A DNA stretch of 32,000 bases from Coprobacillaceae bacterium (GTDB lineage: Bacteria; Bacillota_I; Bacilli_A; Erysipelotrichales; Coprobacillaceae). A program made the translations under genes and the position numbers. Of the stretch, positions 7,501-16,585 are shown one piece after another. The notes under the pieces were generated by a model that saw nothing but the letters and a program-made list of their open reading frames with translations, was not told the origin of the DNA and searched no databases. The first letter of the stretch is position 1; each line of letters starts with the position of its first letter. The stretch spans positions 2,580,001 to 2,612,000 of the forward strand of contig OY780959.1 of the NCBI GenBank assembly GCA_963675915.1, given 5' to 3'.

Positions 7501-8520
7501 ATGTATTCGAATCCCTACGAACATCTAGAAGAAAAAATTAGAAATCGAAAAATAATCAAAGCAGGGTATCGTGAGAAGAAATTCAATTGTGAGGGACTTT
7601 CATTAAACTATGTAGTCGGACCGGATAACGGTCCGGCCCTGCTCCTGATTCCGGCGCAAATGGGTACTTGGGAGTCCTATGCCCCGGTCCTGGTCTCGCT
7701 GGTAAAAAAATTTCAGGTTTATGCCATCGATCTTCGGGGGCATGGAAAATCGAGCTGGACCCCAGGAAGTTACTCCTGGAAAATTATCGGCGAGGATATC
7801 AGGAAATTCATCGCGGCGGTGATTGGACGCAAAACCATTATTGCCGGCAATTCATCAGGCGGAATTATCGCGCTGTGGTGTGCCGCTAATATTCCTGAAA
7901 TGGTGCATTCCATAATTCTCGAAGATGCTCCGGTATTTTCAGTTGAAATGCCCCGTTTCAAAGAGCGGGACAAGTTTGTTTATCACGGTCTCGCACATCT
8001 GGTCGATACAATTGGGGATGTGGAAAACCGCAATATCGCAAACTATTTCAAAGGGCTGGAACTGCCTCTTCCAAATGGCAAATCCCGACGTTTGTCGAAC
8101 TGGATAGTTTCCATCCTGGCATGCTTGGTCAAAAGATTCCAAGTCAGGCATCCTGGAAGACCAATAGAGGTAGGGGGGCTCCGTCGGCTTAGAATGATGA
8201 TGAAATCACTTTCGATGTTTGATCCTGATTTCGCCCGGGCTTTTGTCGATGGCCGATTCTATGAAGGTCTCAATCATGAGCAGGCTTTAAAACAGACAAA
8301 ATGCCCGATGCTGTTGATTCATGCTTCCTGGCACCGCTACCCCGATTATGGACTGGTGGGAGCAATGGATGATGATGATGCCAAACGGATTATGCAATTG
8401 GTACCCCAGGCTAAGTATGTCAGGGTTGATGCCAATCATGTGGTCCATTCCTTCAAACCAAAGTTATATGTCGAATTGTTGACTGATTTTACTGGCGAGA
8501 TGGATGATCTTCAAAAATAA
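7501..8520 (+). CDS. Alpha/beta-fold hydrolase, substrate unknown
   Basis: 339 aa. It has the nucleophile elbow GNSSGG, an HG-type oxyanion region (LRGHGKS) and a C-terminal His (ANHVVH). SD AAAGGAG. I see no terminator between it and the flavodoxin gene. Confidence 0.85.
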   Translation: MYSNPYEHLEEKIRNRKIIKAGYREKKFNCEGLSLNYVVGPDNGPALLLIPAQMGTWESYAPVLVSLVKKFQVYAIDLRGHGKSSWTPGSYSWKIIGEDIRKFIAAVIGRKTIIAGNSSGGIIALWCAANIPEMVHSIILEDAPVFSVEMPRFKERDKFVYHGLAHLVDTIGDVENRNIANYFKGLELPLPNGKSRRLSNWIVSILACLVKRFQVRHPGRPIEVGGLRRLRMMMKSLSMFDPDFARAFVDGRFYEGLNHEQALKQTKCPMLLIHASWHRYPDYGLVGAMDDDDAKRIMQLVPQAKYVRVDANHVVHSFKPKLYVELLTDFTGEMDDLQK

Positions 8521-8557
8521 AAAAACTCCGGTTTCTATCAGGAATCGGAGCTTTTTT
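8521..8557. terminator. Bidirectional intrinsic terminator between convergent genes
   Basis: CTCCGGTT (8526-8533) pairs with AATCGGAG (8543-8550). The hairpin is flanked by AAAAA on the left and TTTTTT on the right. Confidence 0.7.
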
Positions 8558-8621
8558 CGCTGTAACATTTATTTGCTTGGGGGCAACAGCTCATTCAGGA
8601 AGAATAAACTCAGGCAAATAG

Positions 8622-9389
8622 CTACTTTCCAAGCGACTCACAGACTTTGATGAACCGTTTGGATTTTTTGATGAAATCATCCCTTTTGGTCCCCGTATCC
8701 CCAGGAAAACCGTTTTGGTACATGTCAATTACGTGGTTATAGCTGACGCGGTCCATTCTGAGTTCGGCCATCCGGATATATTGACCTAACCTGAAACTGT
8801 ACGCTTCTTTTATTTCCCGTTGGTACTCGTAATCTTCGAACGGTCCGGTGAATATCTCGAAATCTTTGAAGATAGCATCTTCATAATGTTGATCATAAGA
8901 TTTTCGTAAAAATTGCCGGGCTTTTTCGTATCCCTCAGCATGATTGCTAAACAGCCAGTGTAACCCGAGCTCGTAAAGAGCCCCGCCGTGATTGTCGTTG
9001 GCTGCGGCCCAGAAGTTTTCCATTGCCTTTTGGGGATTTTTTGGAGTTCCCCATCCGTTTTTGTAAAGCATTCCCAAGTGATAATAGTCATCACTAGTAG
9101 TTCCATCAGAGTAATAGTTGAAAACTGTCCGAGCTAAAGGTAAAAGCTCATGATTGATTGAAGATGGAATCAGATTTTCCTTAACCAGATAGATTATGAA
9201 GTAACCGGCAGGAAGAAATGCGTTTTTCCAGGCCCGATCAAACCATGCGTAGGCCTCTTGGTAATCTTTAAGTCGTAATTGATACAGGCCGTGTTGGTAC
9301 TCTTTTTCCGGGGTATCAATATTGGTTTTGGTCCAGTATCTTGTATCAACCAGAGCTTTTTCGTGTTCGTAGTCAGTGTATTTGCTCAT
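8622..9389 (-). CDS. Sel1-repeat (TPR-like) protein, apparently cytoplasmic
   Basis: I prefer the internal ATG 9389 (MSKYTDYEHE...), which has a GAGAGGA SD. The longer track ORF would overlap the upstream gene. YHLGMLYKNGWGTPKNPQKAMENFWAAANDNHGGALYELGLHW is a clear Sel1 repeat pair. No signal peptide is apparent. Confidence 0.8.
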   Translation of the reverse strand: MSKYTDYEHEKALVDTRYWTKTNIDTPEKEYQHGLYQLRLKDYQEAYAWFDRAWKNAFLPAGYFIIYLVKENLIPSSINHELLPLARTVFNYYSDGTTSDDYYHLGMLYKNGWGTPKNPQKAMENFWAAANDNHGGALYELGLHWLFSNHAEGYEKARQFLRKSYDQHYEDAIFKDFEIFTGPFEDYEYQREIKEAYSFRLGQYIRMAELRMDRVSYNHVIDMYQNGFPGDTGTKRDDFIKKSKRFIKVCESLGK

Positions 9390-9390
9390 C

Positions 9391-10140
9391 TTAGAATCCT
9401 CTCTTGGCACAAGGCCCGGAACTGCACATGCCACAACCCTGTTCAAAGTCACTGATGTTTTTGCCATCAAGATAGGCGTTGCACCGGAAGCGGTCAAAAC
9501 TGCCATCAACATTCAATGCACCAGAAGGACATCTTTCAACGCACTGGCGGCAGGTCCCGTTTTTATAATAAAGACATAGCGAATTCTCATATGGTTTTGT
9601 GGGAGTTATAAAGGCATCGGTAATGACGCTGCCCAATCTGCCGGCGGTACCTTTTTTGGTGATGATCAGATGATTGAGTCCGAATGTGCCGACACCGGCG
9701 ATTACGGCCGAAGACTTGTGAGCCCACTTTGAAGTGAGATTCTCACTGTCATAGGTGCCGTTGACAAACGTTGGCGGTTCGCTTTTGACAGTGATGCCTT
9801 TTTGCGATAGTCCGGTTTCCAAGTTACTTGCAACCACGCCAAGGATATCGTTTCCGTGAGTATATGAATTTGACCACTCCTGGGAAAGGACTTTTTCACC
9901 TTGAATGGTATCTACGGTTGTGGCGGTAATTGGAAGAAAATAGACAATAACTGTCTGGGCATTTTCAAGAAAATCGGTGGGATGGAGTTGCGGGGTTTTG
10001 ATTATTTCATCCAGCTGGTCGTACATCGGGTCATGGGCACTGGCATAGCCGATTATCGGTTCATCAAACAGTTCGTGATTGGGGTTTGCGGTTATGGTAT
10101 CTTTGATTATTTTTTCAATATATTCCTGGAGTTCATTCAT
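9391..10140 (-). CDS. QueG-like / reductive-dehalogenase-like Fe-S protein (short form, 249 aa)
   Basis: The core SSAVIAGVGTFGLNHLIITKKGTAGRLGSVITD resembles the epoxyqueuosine-reductase fold. Cys motifs are C-x7-CRQCVERCP and C-x15-CGMCSSGPC. The stop (9393-9391) lies 1 nt from the Sel1 gene start. Confidence 0.7.
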   Translation of the reverse strand: MNELQEYIEKIIKDTITANPNHELFDEPIIGYASAHDPMYDQLDEIIKTPQLHPTDFLENAQTVIVYFLPITATTVDTIQGEKVLSQEWSNSYTHGNDILGVVASNLETGLSQKGITVKSEPPTFVNGTYDSENLTSKWAHKSSAVIAGVGTFGLNHLIITKKGTAGRLGSVITDAFITPTKPYENSLCLYYKNGTCRQCVERCPSGALNVDGSFDRFRCNAYLDGKNISDFEQGCGMCSSGPCAKRGF

Positions 10141-10208
10141 CTAAAACACATCCTCTCGTTTTTAAAAATAGCCAAAATCATGGGTGATTCAGGTATTTAA
10201 TTGTCTAT

Positions 10209-10239
10209 ATGATAATGTCTCTAACCGTAATAGAGTCAA
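10209..10239 (-). promoter_or_regulatory. Candidate promoter (19-nt spacer) for the Fe-S/Sel1 pair, immediately after the merR-like stop
   Basis: Minus strand: TTGACT (10239-10234), 19 nt containing the inverted repeat CTCTA-N7-TAGAG, then TATCAT (10214-10209). An alternative -10, CATTAT, would give a 16-nt spacer. Confidence 0.35.
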
Positions 10240-10242
10240 GCC

Positions 10243-11052
10243 TCATTTTTCATTGATCAGAATCTGGATTTCATACGGACAGTCATGATATTCCACCAGA
10301 TTGTCTTCGTGCTCGTTGGCAATCACGTATTCGGTTTTGGAAATCAGGGTTTCGAAGTATTTTTTGATGTTTTCAATATCCCAGTCATCGGTCAGAATCT
10401 TCGCTCTAAAACAAAGGTATTCCCCGGCTGGAAGTTCCCGGAAATATTGGGGATTAAGACCGGTAGGGTCTTTTAGATAGATGAAGTATTCCTGGCGCGT
10501 GAATTTGTTGTTCATTAGATCCTGAAAATCGGCGATAAATCCGTACTGGCGCAAAAAATCAATCTTGGTCTGGGAAAGTTCGTTTTTCAAGATGGCCAAG
10601 CGGGTTTCTGCAGTTTCGTTAGTATCATCGTCCAGGTAGGGAATATTGAGAACATAACGTTTTTCGAGATATCGGATATAGGGGATATGGTCAAGATTAT
10701 GGCTGTTAAGATAATTGAAATAGCTGCGGTACCAGTCGATGTTATCCTTGGTTTGGCTAAGTTCGGCAATTTGTTGTTCGATTTTCTCTTTTTGTTTGTC
10801 CAGATAATATGTCAGTTTATCGATATCGCCACCTTTGAATATTTCCCTGATTTCTTTCAACGGCATTCCAAGACTTCGCAAATATATTATCCGGTCGATA
10901 TAGTGGAATTGTTTAAAAGAGTAGTAGCGGTAATTGGTTTGATTGTCGATATGCTCGGGTTGAATCAAATCGAGATTCGAGTAGTTTCGCAAGGTTTGCA
11001 CGGAAATTCCCATGATTTTGGCAGTTTCGCCAATCGAGTAAAGTTTCGACAT
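10243..11052 (-). CDS. MerR family transcriptional regulator with a GyrI-like effector-binding domain (BmrR/Mta-like)
   Basis: 269 aa. The N-terminal HTH is YSIGETAKIMGISVQTLRNYSNLDLIQP..YRYY, followed by a coiled-coil linker and a C-terminal domain of about 150 aa. SD GAGGAGG. Confidence 0.9.
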   Translation of the reverse strand: MSKLYSIGETAKIMGISVQTLRNYSNLDLIQPEHIDNQTNYRYYSFKQFHYIDRIIYLRSLGMPLKEIREIFKGGDIDKLTYYLDKQKEKIEQQIAELSQTKDNIDWYRSYFNYLNSHNLDHIPYIRYLEKRYVLNIPYLDDDTNETAETRLAILKNELSQTKIDFLRQYGFIADFQDLMNNKFTRQEYFIYLKDPTGLNPQYFRELPAGEYLCFRAKILTDDWDIENIKKYFETLISKTEYVIANEHEDNLVEYHDCPYEIQILINEK

Positions 11053-11079
11053 TCTGATTCCTCCTCTAAAAGTAATAAT

Positions 11080-11132
11080 ATTTTATCGTATTGATAGATT
11101 TTTTGCAACAGTAAAACTTGATGTGCTATAAT
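11080..11132. promoter_or_regulatory. Back-to-back divergent promoters sharing one palindromic -35 hexamer
   Basis: TTGCAA (11103-11108) is its own reverse complement. On the plus strand it is followed by an 18-nt spacer and TGcTATAAT (hexamer 11127-11132), reading toward the MFS gene. On the minus strand it is followed by a 17-nt spacer and TAAAAT (11085-11080), reading toward merR. Confidence 0.5.
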
Positions 11133-11169
11133 TATTGCAATTCCAGGGAAAGCAGTTCAGGTGAAGGTT

Positions 11170-12396
11170 ATGGAAAACAGCAAATTCGAAACAAATGAGC
11201 AAAGGCAAGCAACTTCAAAATCAAAGTCAATTATATTTGTGATGTCATCATCATTTCTTCTGATATTTGGGACTTATATCTCGGGGACGATTCTGACCCC
11301 TTATGCAATCAGTTTGAAGGCTACCTGGGTTCAAGTGGGGGTGCTATCAGGGAGCATGTATGTCGTCAGGTTGCTCTTTGGAACTCCAATTGGGAAAATG
11401 GCTGACCGGCGCGGGACGCTTGCAGTTTTAAAATATAGTCTGATGCTCTATCCGGTTATTGCAATCGCCTACTACTTGGCCAACAGCATCACAATTTTGA
11501 TTGGTGCAAGGTTGCTTCATGGAATAGCCTCGGCAATGATGATTCCAATGGGGATGGCCTATATAGGTCATGTAAGCGAGCAGGGGCATGAAGGCCGCCT
11601 TATGAGTATCTATAATCTGATTGTAATCATTGCAAGCAGTTTTGGCGCACTTGTATCAACCATGGTCGCTCAAAGTTATGGCTACAAAACGACTTTTGTT
11701 TTGCTTTTCGTTTTGGCGGCAATCGCTTTGCTTATTATCCAAAAAGCGCGAAATGACCAAAGAACTCCTGAGGTTTTAGCAAAAAAGTTAGATGGAAAAT
11801 CAACCCCAATGGACAAATCTTTTTATCTGGATAATCATGTCATCTCCCTGGTTTTTGGCAATTTACTATTGGCGGTCACGGCCAGCCTGATTGGATTTTT
11901 CATCTTGCCACAATTGACAAATCTGGGAGTGCCGATGAGATACGCCGGCGCCATCCTGGCGCTATATTATATATTATCCGGGCTGATTCAGATTCCTTTA
12001 AGTAGAAATCTTGATCGCTTCAACAAAATATTGGTAGCGGTAATCGCCGGAATCATGGTCTGTGGGGCAATGTTTTTGTTCCCGCTTAGCGATAATTTGA
12101 CCACTGTTGCCGTTTTGATGGGATTAATTGCAACCGGAAATGGAATCTTTCAAACATCAGTGTCATCACTGGCGGTTGTCGTAGGTCGTCAGCGAGGGAT
12201 GGGACGGACAATGGGATTCTTGAATACTGCCAACAGTGCCGGGATGTTTATTGGCTGTCTAATTCTAGGAATATTGCCGGTATATGGTGACAATTTCAGT
12301 TGGTTGTTTGTCTTTACCGGACTCGTAAATATCATCTTGTTGTTATTGTTCCTGATGTTTTGGAAGAAGGAGAAATACCGATTAATAACTAAATAA
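11170..12396 (+). CDS. MFS transporter (probable drug/efflux type) divergent from the MerR regulator
   Basis: The track ORF starts at GTG 11161. ATG 11170, with AGGTGA 5 nt upstream, is preferred. The protein has about 12 TM segments, and GKMADRRGT resembles MFS motif A. Confidence 0.85.
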   Translation: MENSKFETNEQRQATSKSKSIIFVMSSSFLLIFGTYISGTILTPYAISLKATWVQVGVLSGSMYVVRLLFGTPIGKMADRRGTLAVLKYSLMLYPVIAIAYYLANSITILIGARLLHGIASAMMIPMGMAYIGHVSEQGHEGRLMSIYNLIVIIASSFGALVSTMVAQSYGYKTTFVLLFVLAAIALLIIQKARNDQRTPEVLAKKLDGKSTPMDKSFYLDNHVISLVFGNLLLAVTASLIGFFILPQLTNLGVPMRYAGAILALYYILSGLIQIPLSRNLDRFNKILVAVIAGIMVCGAMFLFPLSDNLTTVAVLMGLIATGNGIFQTSVSSLAVVVGRQRGMGRTMGFLNTANSAGMFIGCLILGILPVYGDNFSWLFVFTGLVNIILLLLFLMFWKKEKYRLITK

Positions 12397-12404
12397 CGCT
12401 CGAA

Positions 12405-12427
12405 AACCCGTTCATATTGAACGGGTT
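12405..12427. terminator. Hairpin terminator shared by convergent genes
   Basis: Perfect 10-bp stem: AACCCGTTCA (12405-12414), loop TAT, TGAACGGGTT (12418-12427). On the minus strand TTTTCG follows. The stop codon of the PRD regulator (12426-12428) lies in the stem. Confidence 0.7.
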
Positions 12428-14342
12428 AAAATTTTGTCAGATTTATGATGGTATCGATAAATGACTGGGAATCCCGACAGTTGATCAGTTTACCGATGTT
12501 TTCCGGGTCATTTAAAATATTGGTGATAGGTTCAAAAATTTCATTGAAGATGTAACGCTCCTGGGGATTGAAACAAAGCATCAATACCAGATTCACGGGT
12601 TTGGTATCCCAGGTAATCGGATTTTTGCTTATCAGTACACAAATCCCTGTTTTGCAGGCCTGCATTTTCATTGAATGGGGAATGGCAAATGAATTGAATG
12701 CGGTCGATGACAGTTTCTCCCGGTCGTATATTTCCTCGAGGAAACTTTGATCGACAAAATCATTATGGGTCAGTTTGTCGACAAGATACGGCAAGGCTTC
12801 ATCGCGGGTATTAAGATTGCTGTTGATTTCAAATATTTCCGGCTTGATCAATTTGTGCATGAACGACCGGAGTTTGTTTTTCTTGTTATCCAATTTGATT
12901 GAGTCAATCCGGTGCCTGATGGATTCAAGATCTTTATTGTTGATGAACAAAGATGTGTAAACAGTTGGGATCTCAGGCACATTTTTAAGCGGTATAGTTG
13001 CAATAATCAAATCGGGATCATCAATTTTCACGAATTCACTTTCGTCAATCAGAATATTCTTGATTAAAATATCATTTGAAAAGCTATCATTGATTCTTTG
13101 TGAAAGTTTGAGATTCAAATCATAATAGTTGGGACAATACAATACCGTCGAAATTTTCTGCTGCAAACTTTTTTGGGCTTCCAGGGCACTGCCAAGGTGG
13201 AATGCGATATAGGCGATTTCATCATTGTTTATCTTGATTTTGATTTTGGAATTGATGATACCCGCCAACAAGACTGAAATGTCATAGATAAGGGGACAGG
13301 ATGACTTGATTCCTTCAGCCAAGGGGTTCTTGGAAAAATAGTTGTTTTTTGAACGGATTAAAAGATTGCGGATGTGCAAAGCGAAGCGGATGAAAAATTC
13401 CTGTTCGTTCAAATCAATTGAGTAATATACCTTGATTTTTTCAATCATCTCTTCAACCAGTTCCAGGCAGTCAGTTCCAATGTATTCGACAATATTCACA
13501 TTGTTGATGCTCTTGTAATCGATTGTCGTAGCCCGCGAAGTTAAAAGCAGCGCCATCTCGTAGGTTTCATTTACTGTGAATTTTATTTTGAATTGCAGTT
13601 CAAGCCGGTCTACAATCGCCTGCGCCAGTTCGAATTCGTGTGACTTGAGAGTCAGTACAGTTTCAGTTTCTTTTATCGTGATGTTGTCATTGATGATCCG
13701 GTCAATTGCAATTGTGATATGAAGTACAAGATTGATCAGTGAGTAATCATTGACAAAGTAGTGGTACTGATTGAAAACATCCAAAACTGTATTCTTGATG
13801 AAAGCTATATCGATATCTTTGAAAGCCTCCTGGATTACATTAAGATTGACGAAGTTGATGGAACTTTCATCATAAATGATGGAACTTAACAATTTACGTT
13901 TGTTTTTTTCAAGTCCCTCAATTTGGATGAAATCATTCTCGCAAGAAAACTTCAAATCGAATTCACGCAACCTTCTTTTTAACTTGGTAAGTTCAACTTT
14001 TAGAGTCGACAAAGAAATATACATCTCTTCGCAAAGGTCGTAGAGATTCACGGGTCGGCCTTCCTTGAAGATTGCATTGACGATAAAACTTCCCCGTTCT
14101 TTGGAATTTTGGGGTGGTGTGGAAGCTGTAGCGTTGATTATCTCAACCGCCAAATCTTTATTTATCAGATATCCGTTTCTCGTCGAAGTAATCAGGTTAG
14201 GGTGGACGCGATTTAGTTGAGATATATAGTTCTTTATGGTACGGACTGAGACCTCCAGGCTATTGGATAGACTTATCGCTTTGGTATATGCAGTCTCATG
14301 AGCCAGTAGTGTTCTAATCAGATCAAAATGCTTTTCTTTCAT
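12426..14342 (-). CDS. PRD-domain transcriptional regulator of the LicR/MtlR type (HTH, 2 PRD, EIIB-like and EIIA-like domains)
   Basis: 638 aa. It has an N-terminal winged-helix region, PRD histidines (FALHIRN, IAFHLGSAL), an EIIB-like Cys (VLYCPN) and a C-terminal PTS-EIIA-2-like AIPHS motif. It is divergent from the PTS operon. Confidence 0.9.
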   Translation of the reverse strand: MKEKHFDLIRTLLAHETAYTKAISLSNSLEVSVRTIKNYISQLNRVHPNLITSTRNGYLINKDLAVEIINATASTPPQNSKERGSFIVNAIFKEGRPVNLYDLCEEMYISLSTLKVELTKLKRRLREFDLKFSCENDFIQIEGLEKNKRKLLSSIIYDESSINFVNLNVIQEAFKDIDIAFIKNTVLDVFNQYHYFVNDYSLINLVLHITIAIDRIINDNITIKETETVLTLKSHEFELAQAIVDRLELQFKIKFTVNETYEMALLLTSRATTIDYKSINNVNIVEYIGTDCLELVEEMIEKIKVYYSIDLNEQEFFIRFALHIRNLLIRSKNNYFSKNPLAEGIKSSCPLIYDISVLLAGIINSKIKIKINNDEIAYIAFHLGSALEAQKSLQQKISTVLYCPNYYDLNLKLSQRINDSFSNDILIKNILIDESEFVKIDDPDLIIATIPLKNVPEIPTVYTSLFINNKDLESIRHRIDSIKLDNKKNKLRSFMHKLIKPEIFEINSNLNTRDEALPYLVDKLTHNDFVDQSFLEEIYDREKLSSTAFNSFAIPHSMKMQACKTGICVLISKNPITWDTKPVNLVLMLCFNPQERYIFNEIFEPITNILNDPENIGKLINCRDSQSFIDTIINLTKF

Positions 14343-14572
14343 TATCGAATCCCCATTCTGTTTATTATTGTCAAAAAGTAAAGATCATTTCTTTAACATA
14401 ATATCGCTATTTTTAATTATAGGTGAATAGTGTAACCAAATCTAGTTAATAATTGCACTCTTAAAAGGAAATTAATTATCTACCCCTTTACCAGGCAAAT
14501 GACAAGTAGCGCCATTTTTCCTGATTTGATTTAATAGACATAGAGATTAACACCAGGAAAGGAAAATATACC

Positions 14573-14884
14573 ATGAAAAAATTAAACGTGTTATTAGTAT
14601 GTGGTTCGGGAGCGAGTTCGGGATTTATGGCTGCCAACATCAGAAAGGCCGCCAAAGCAAAAGGGGTGGAAATGAGCGTGAGGGCTCGAAGTGAATCGGA
14701 AATTGAAAACTACATTGATGAGATTGATGCCCTGATGGTAGGACCTCATTTGGCTTATATTCTCGACGATGTTGAGGAATATATTCAGGATGCTCCAGTT
14801 AAGGTGATCTTGATGAAACCGGAATATTACGCAACTCTTGATGGAGAACAAGCGTTGGAACATTTGTTTACAGAAATTAAATAA
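14573..14884 (+). CDS. PTS lactose/cellobiose-family EIIB component
   Basis: 103 aa. MKKLNVLLVCGSGASSG carries the phosphorylatable Cys. SD GGAAAGGA. Confidence 0.9.
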   Translation: MKKLNVLLVCGSGASSGFMAANIRKAAKAKGVEMSVRARSESEIENYIDEIDALMVGPHLAYILDDVEEYIQDAPVKVILMKPEYYATLDGEQALEHLFTEIK

Positions 14885-14902
14885 TAAAGGAGAGAGATGT
14901 AA

Positions 14903-16174
14903 ATGAAGAAGTTTATGAATTGGTTAGAAAACAGTTTTGCCCCAAAAATGAATGTGATAAACCATAATGTCTGGATTGTAACATTGAAGGATTCTATTAT
15001 GCAGACATTGCCGTTTATCTTCTTAGGATCATTATTTTGTATGTTGACCATTCCTGGTGATGTGTTCCATATTGCCGGATGGCCAAATTTCTGGACTCCG
15101 TTTGGCTGGACGATGGGAATGGTATCGATTATGGTTGCATTCTTGATTCCATTCAATTTGATGGAGAAAAAAAGAATCAGAAAACAAAGAATCATTGCCG
15201 GTCTTAGCGGTTTGGTTCTGTTTGGGATTATTCTTACTCCTCAGTTGGTAATCGATGGCGCAATCGGATTTGATCACTCTGGTTTTGGTGCCGGGGGGAT
15301 GTTCGTGGCAATGTTCTCAGGGGTTATTGTCGGGGTAATCATGCAGGCTTTTGGTAAATTCTCATTCTTCTCTGAAGAATCGGTAATTCCTGATTTTGTA
15401 AGATCATGGTTCGATTCAATGCTTCCAATTGGAATCGTGGTTGTCTTGGGCTGGGTAGCTGTGGATATCTTCGGTCTGGATGTTTATAATCTGGTTCTTT
15501 CAGTTTTCATGCCGCTAGGATCAATAATTGAATCACCTTGGGGTTTCTCATTGTTAATGTTTGTCTATTGTTTCTTATATTCAATGGGGATTTCTTCTTG
15601 GGTAATGACACCAGTATCACAACCGATTCTCTTGGCGGCAATCGCCCAAAATGTAGCTGGAACAGGAGCTAACCTGGTCACTTCTTCAACAATTTACTCT
15701 GCTTATTTATGGGTTGGAGGAATTGGATGTACTTTACCTTTGGTTTTCATGATGATGGGATCAAGAGTGCCTAAATTAAAAGCACTAGGTCGGGCATCAT
15801 TAACACCGGGAATATTCAATATCAATGAACCGATTGTGTTTGGTGCAATCGCTTGGAATCCGGTCATGATGGTGGCTATGTGGATCCAGGGACTTGTTTT
15901 ACCGGCTGTTGTCTGGCTATTTACAAAAGTAATCGCATTTGCACCGATTCCGATGATTCAATTTGAAATGTGGTATGCACCATTCCCATTTTCAACCTGG
16001 GTAACGTCCGGCGGAGCTATCACCGGGATAATCCTGCTGGCTGTAATTGTCGGTCTGGCATCACTTATCTGGCTGCCGTTCTTCAAAGCTTATGAACGAC
16101 AAGAATTGCTGGCGATGGAAAAAGATGGTCCGGCAAAGAAAAAAGAAGCGGCACAATTAATTAAAGAAAATTAA
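14903..16174 (+). CDS. PTS lactose/cellobiose-family EIIC permease
   Basis: 423 aa polytopic membrane protein positioned between EIIB and EIIA. SD AAGGAGAG. Confidence 0.9.
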   Translation: MKKFMNWLENSFAPKMNVINHNVWIVTLKDSIMQTLPFIFLGSLFCMLTIPGDVFHIAGWPNFWTPFGWTMGMVSIMVAFLIPFNLMEKKRIRKQRIIAGLSGLVLFGIILTPQLVIDGAIGFDHSGFGAGGMFVAMFSGVIVGVIMQAFGKFSFFSEESVIPDFVRSWFDSMLPIGIVVVLGWVAVDIFGLDVYNLVLSVFMPLGSIIESPWGFSLLMFVYCFLYSMGISSWVMTPVSQPILLAAIAQNVAGTGANLVTSSTIYSAYLWVGGIGCTLPLVFMMMGSRVPKLKALGRASLTPGIFNINEPIVFGAIAWNPVMMVAMWIQGLVLPAVVWLFTKVIAFAPIPMIQFEMWYAPFPFSTWVTSGGAITGIILLAVIVGLASLIWLPFFKAYERQELLAMEKDGPAKKKEAAQLIKEN

Positions 16175-16193
16175 GAATTAAGGGGAACCGTAA

Positions 16194-16544
16194 ATGAATG
16201 AAGAAACAGTAAAATCAGCAATGTCGATTATCCTGCATGCCGGGGATGCCCGTAATTTCTGTAAGCAATCGCTGGATGCCATTGCGGCCGATGATGTCGA
16301 ATTGGCAAAGGTTAAAATGAAAGAAGCTCAAAAGAAAATAACTGAGGCGCATCGGGTGCAGACAGATTCGATCCAGGCTGAAACAAGAGGGGAAAAATCG
16401 GAATATTCACTATTGTTCTCGCATGCACAGGACACGCTGATGACAATTTATAGTGAACTTAATATTGCAAAACAATTGATAAAAATATGCGAAAGCTACA
16501 ATCAGCGACTTGCGCAGATTGAAAAAATAATCAGGGAGCAATAA
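16194..16544 (+). CDS. PTS lactose/cellobiose-family EIIA component
   Basis: 116 aa helical protein. SIILHAGDARN and EAHRVQTD (phospho-His context) are typical of this family. Confidence 0.9.
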   Translation: MNEETVKSAMSIILHAGDARNFCKQSLDAIAADDVELAKVKMKEAQKKITEAHRVQTDSIQAETRGEKSEYSLLFSHAQDTLMTIYSELNIAKQLIKICESYNQRLAQIEKIIREQ

Positions 16545-16585
16545 TTGCTTCCCTGATTACTCAAATATATTGTAAGGAGAATAAA

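Noticed and set aside
8622-9512. Long form (296 aa) of the Sel1 ORF, and similar 5' extensions at 5057, 19958 and 23539
   Set aside because: The extensions overlap upstream genes or terminators and lack SD sequences. Internal ATGs with good SDs (9389, 5156, 19991, 23683) give proteins with normal N-termini.
10687-11094. 135-aa plus-strand ORF antisense to the merR-like gene
   Set aside because: It is a shadow ORF opposite a confidently identified gene, with no SD and no recognisable motifs.
14343-14572. RAT/terminator antitermination element, cre site or sigma-54 (-24/-12) promoter upstream of the PTS operon
   Set aside because: There is no hairpin with a T-run in the leader. TGACAAGTAGCGCC fails the cre consensus at key positions. 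TTGCA at about 14452 has no GG 10-11 nt upstream. The regulator is of the LicR/MtlR activator type, so no RAT element is expected.
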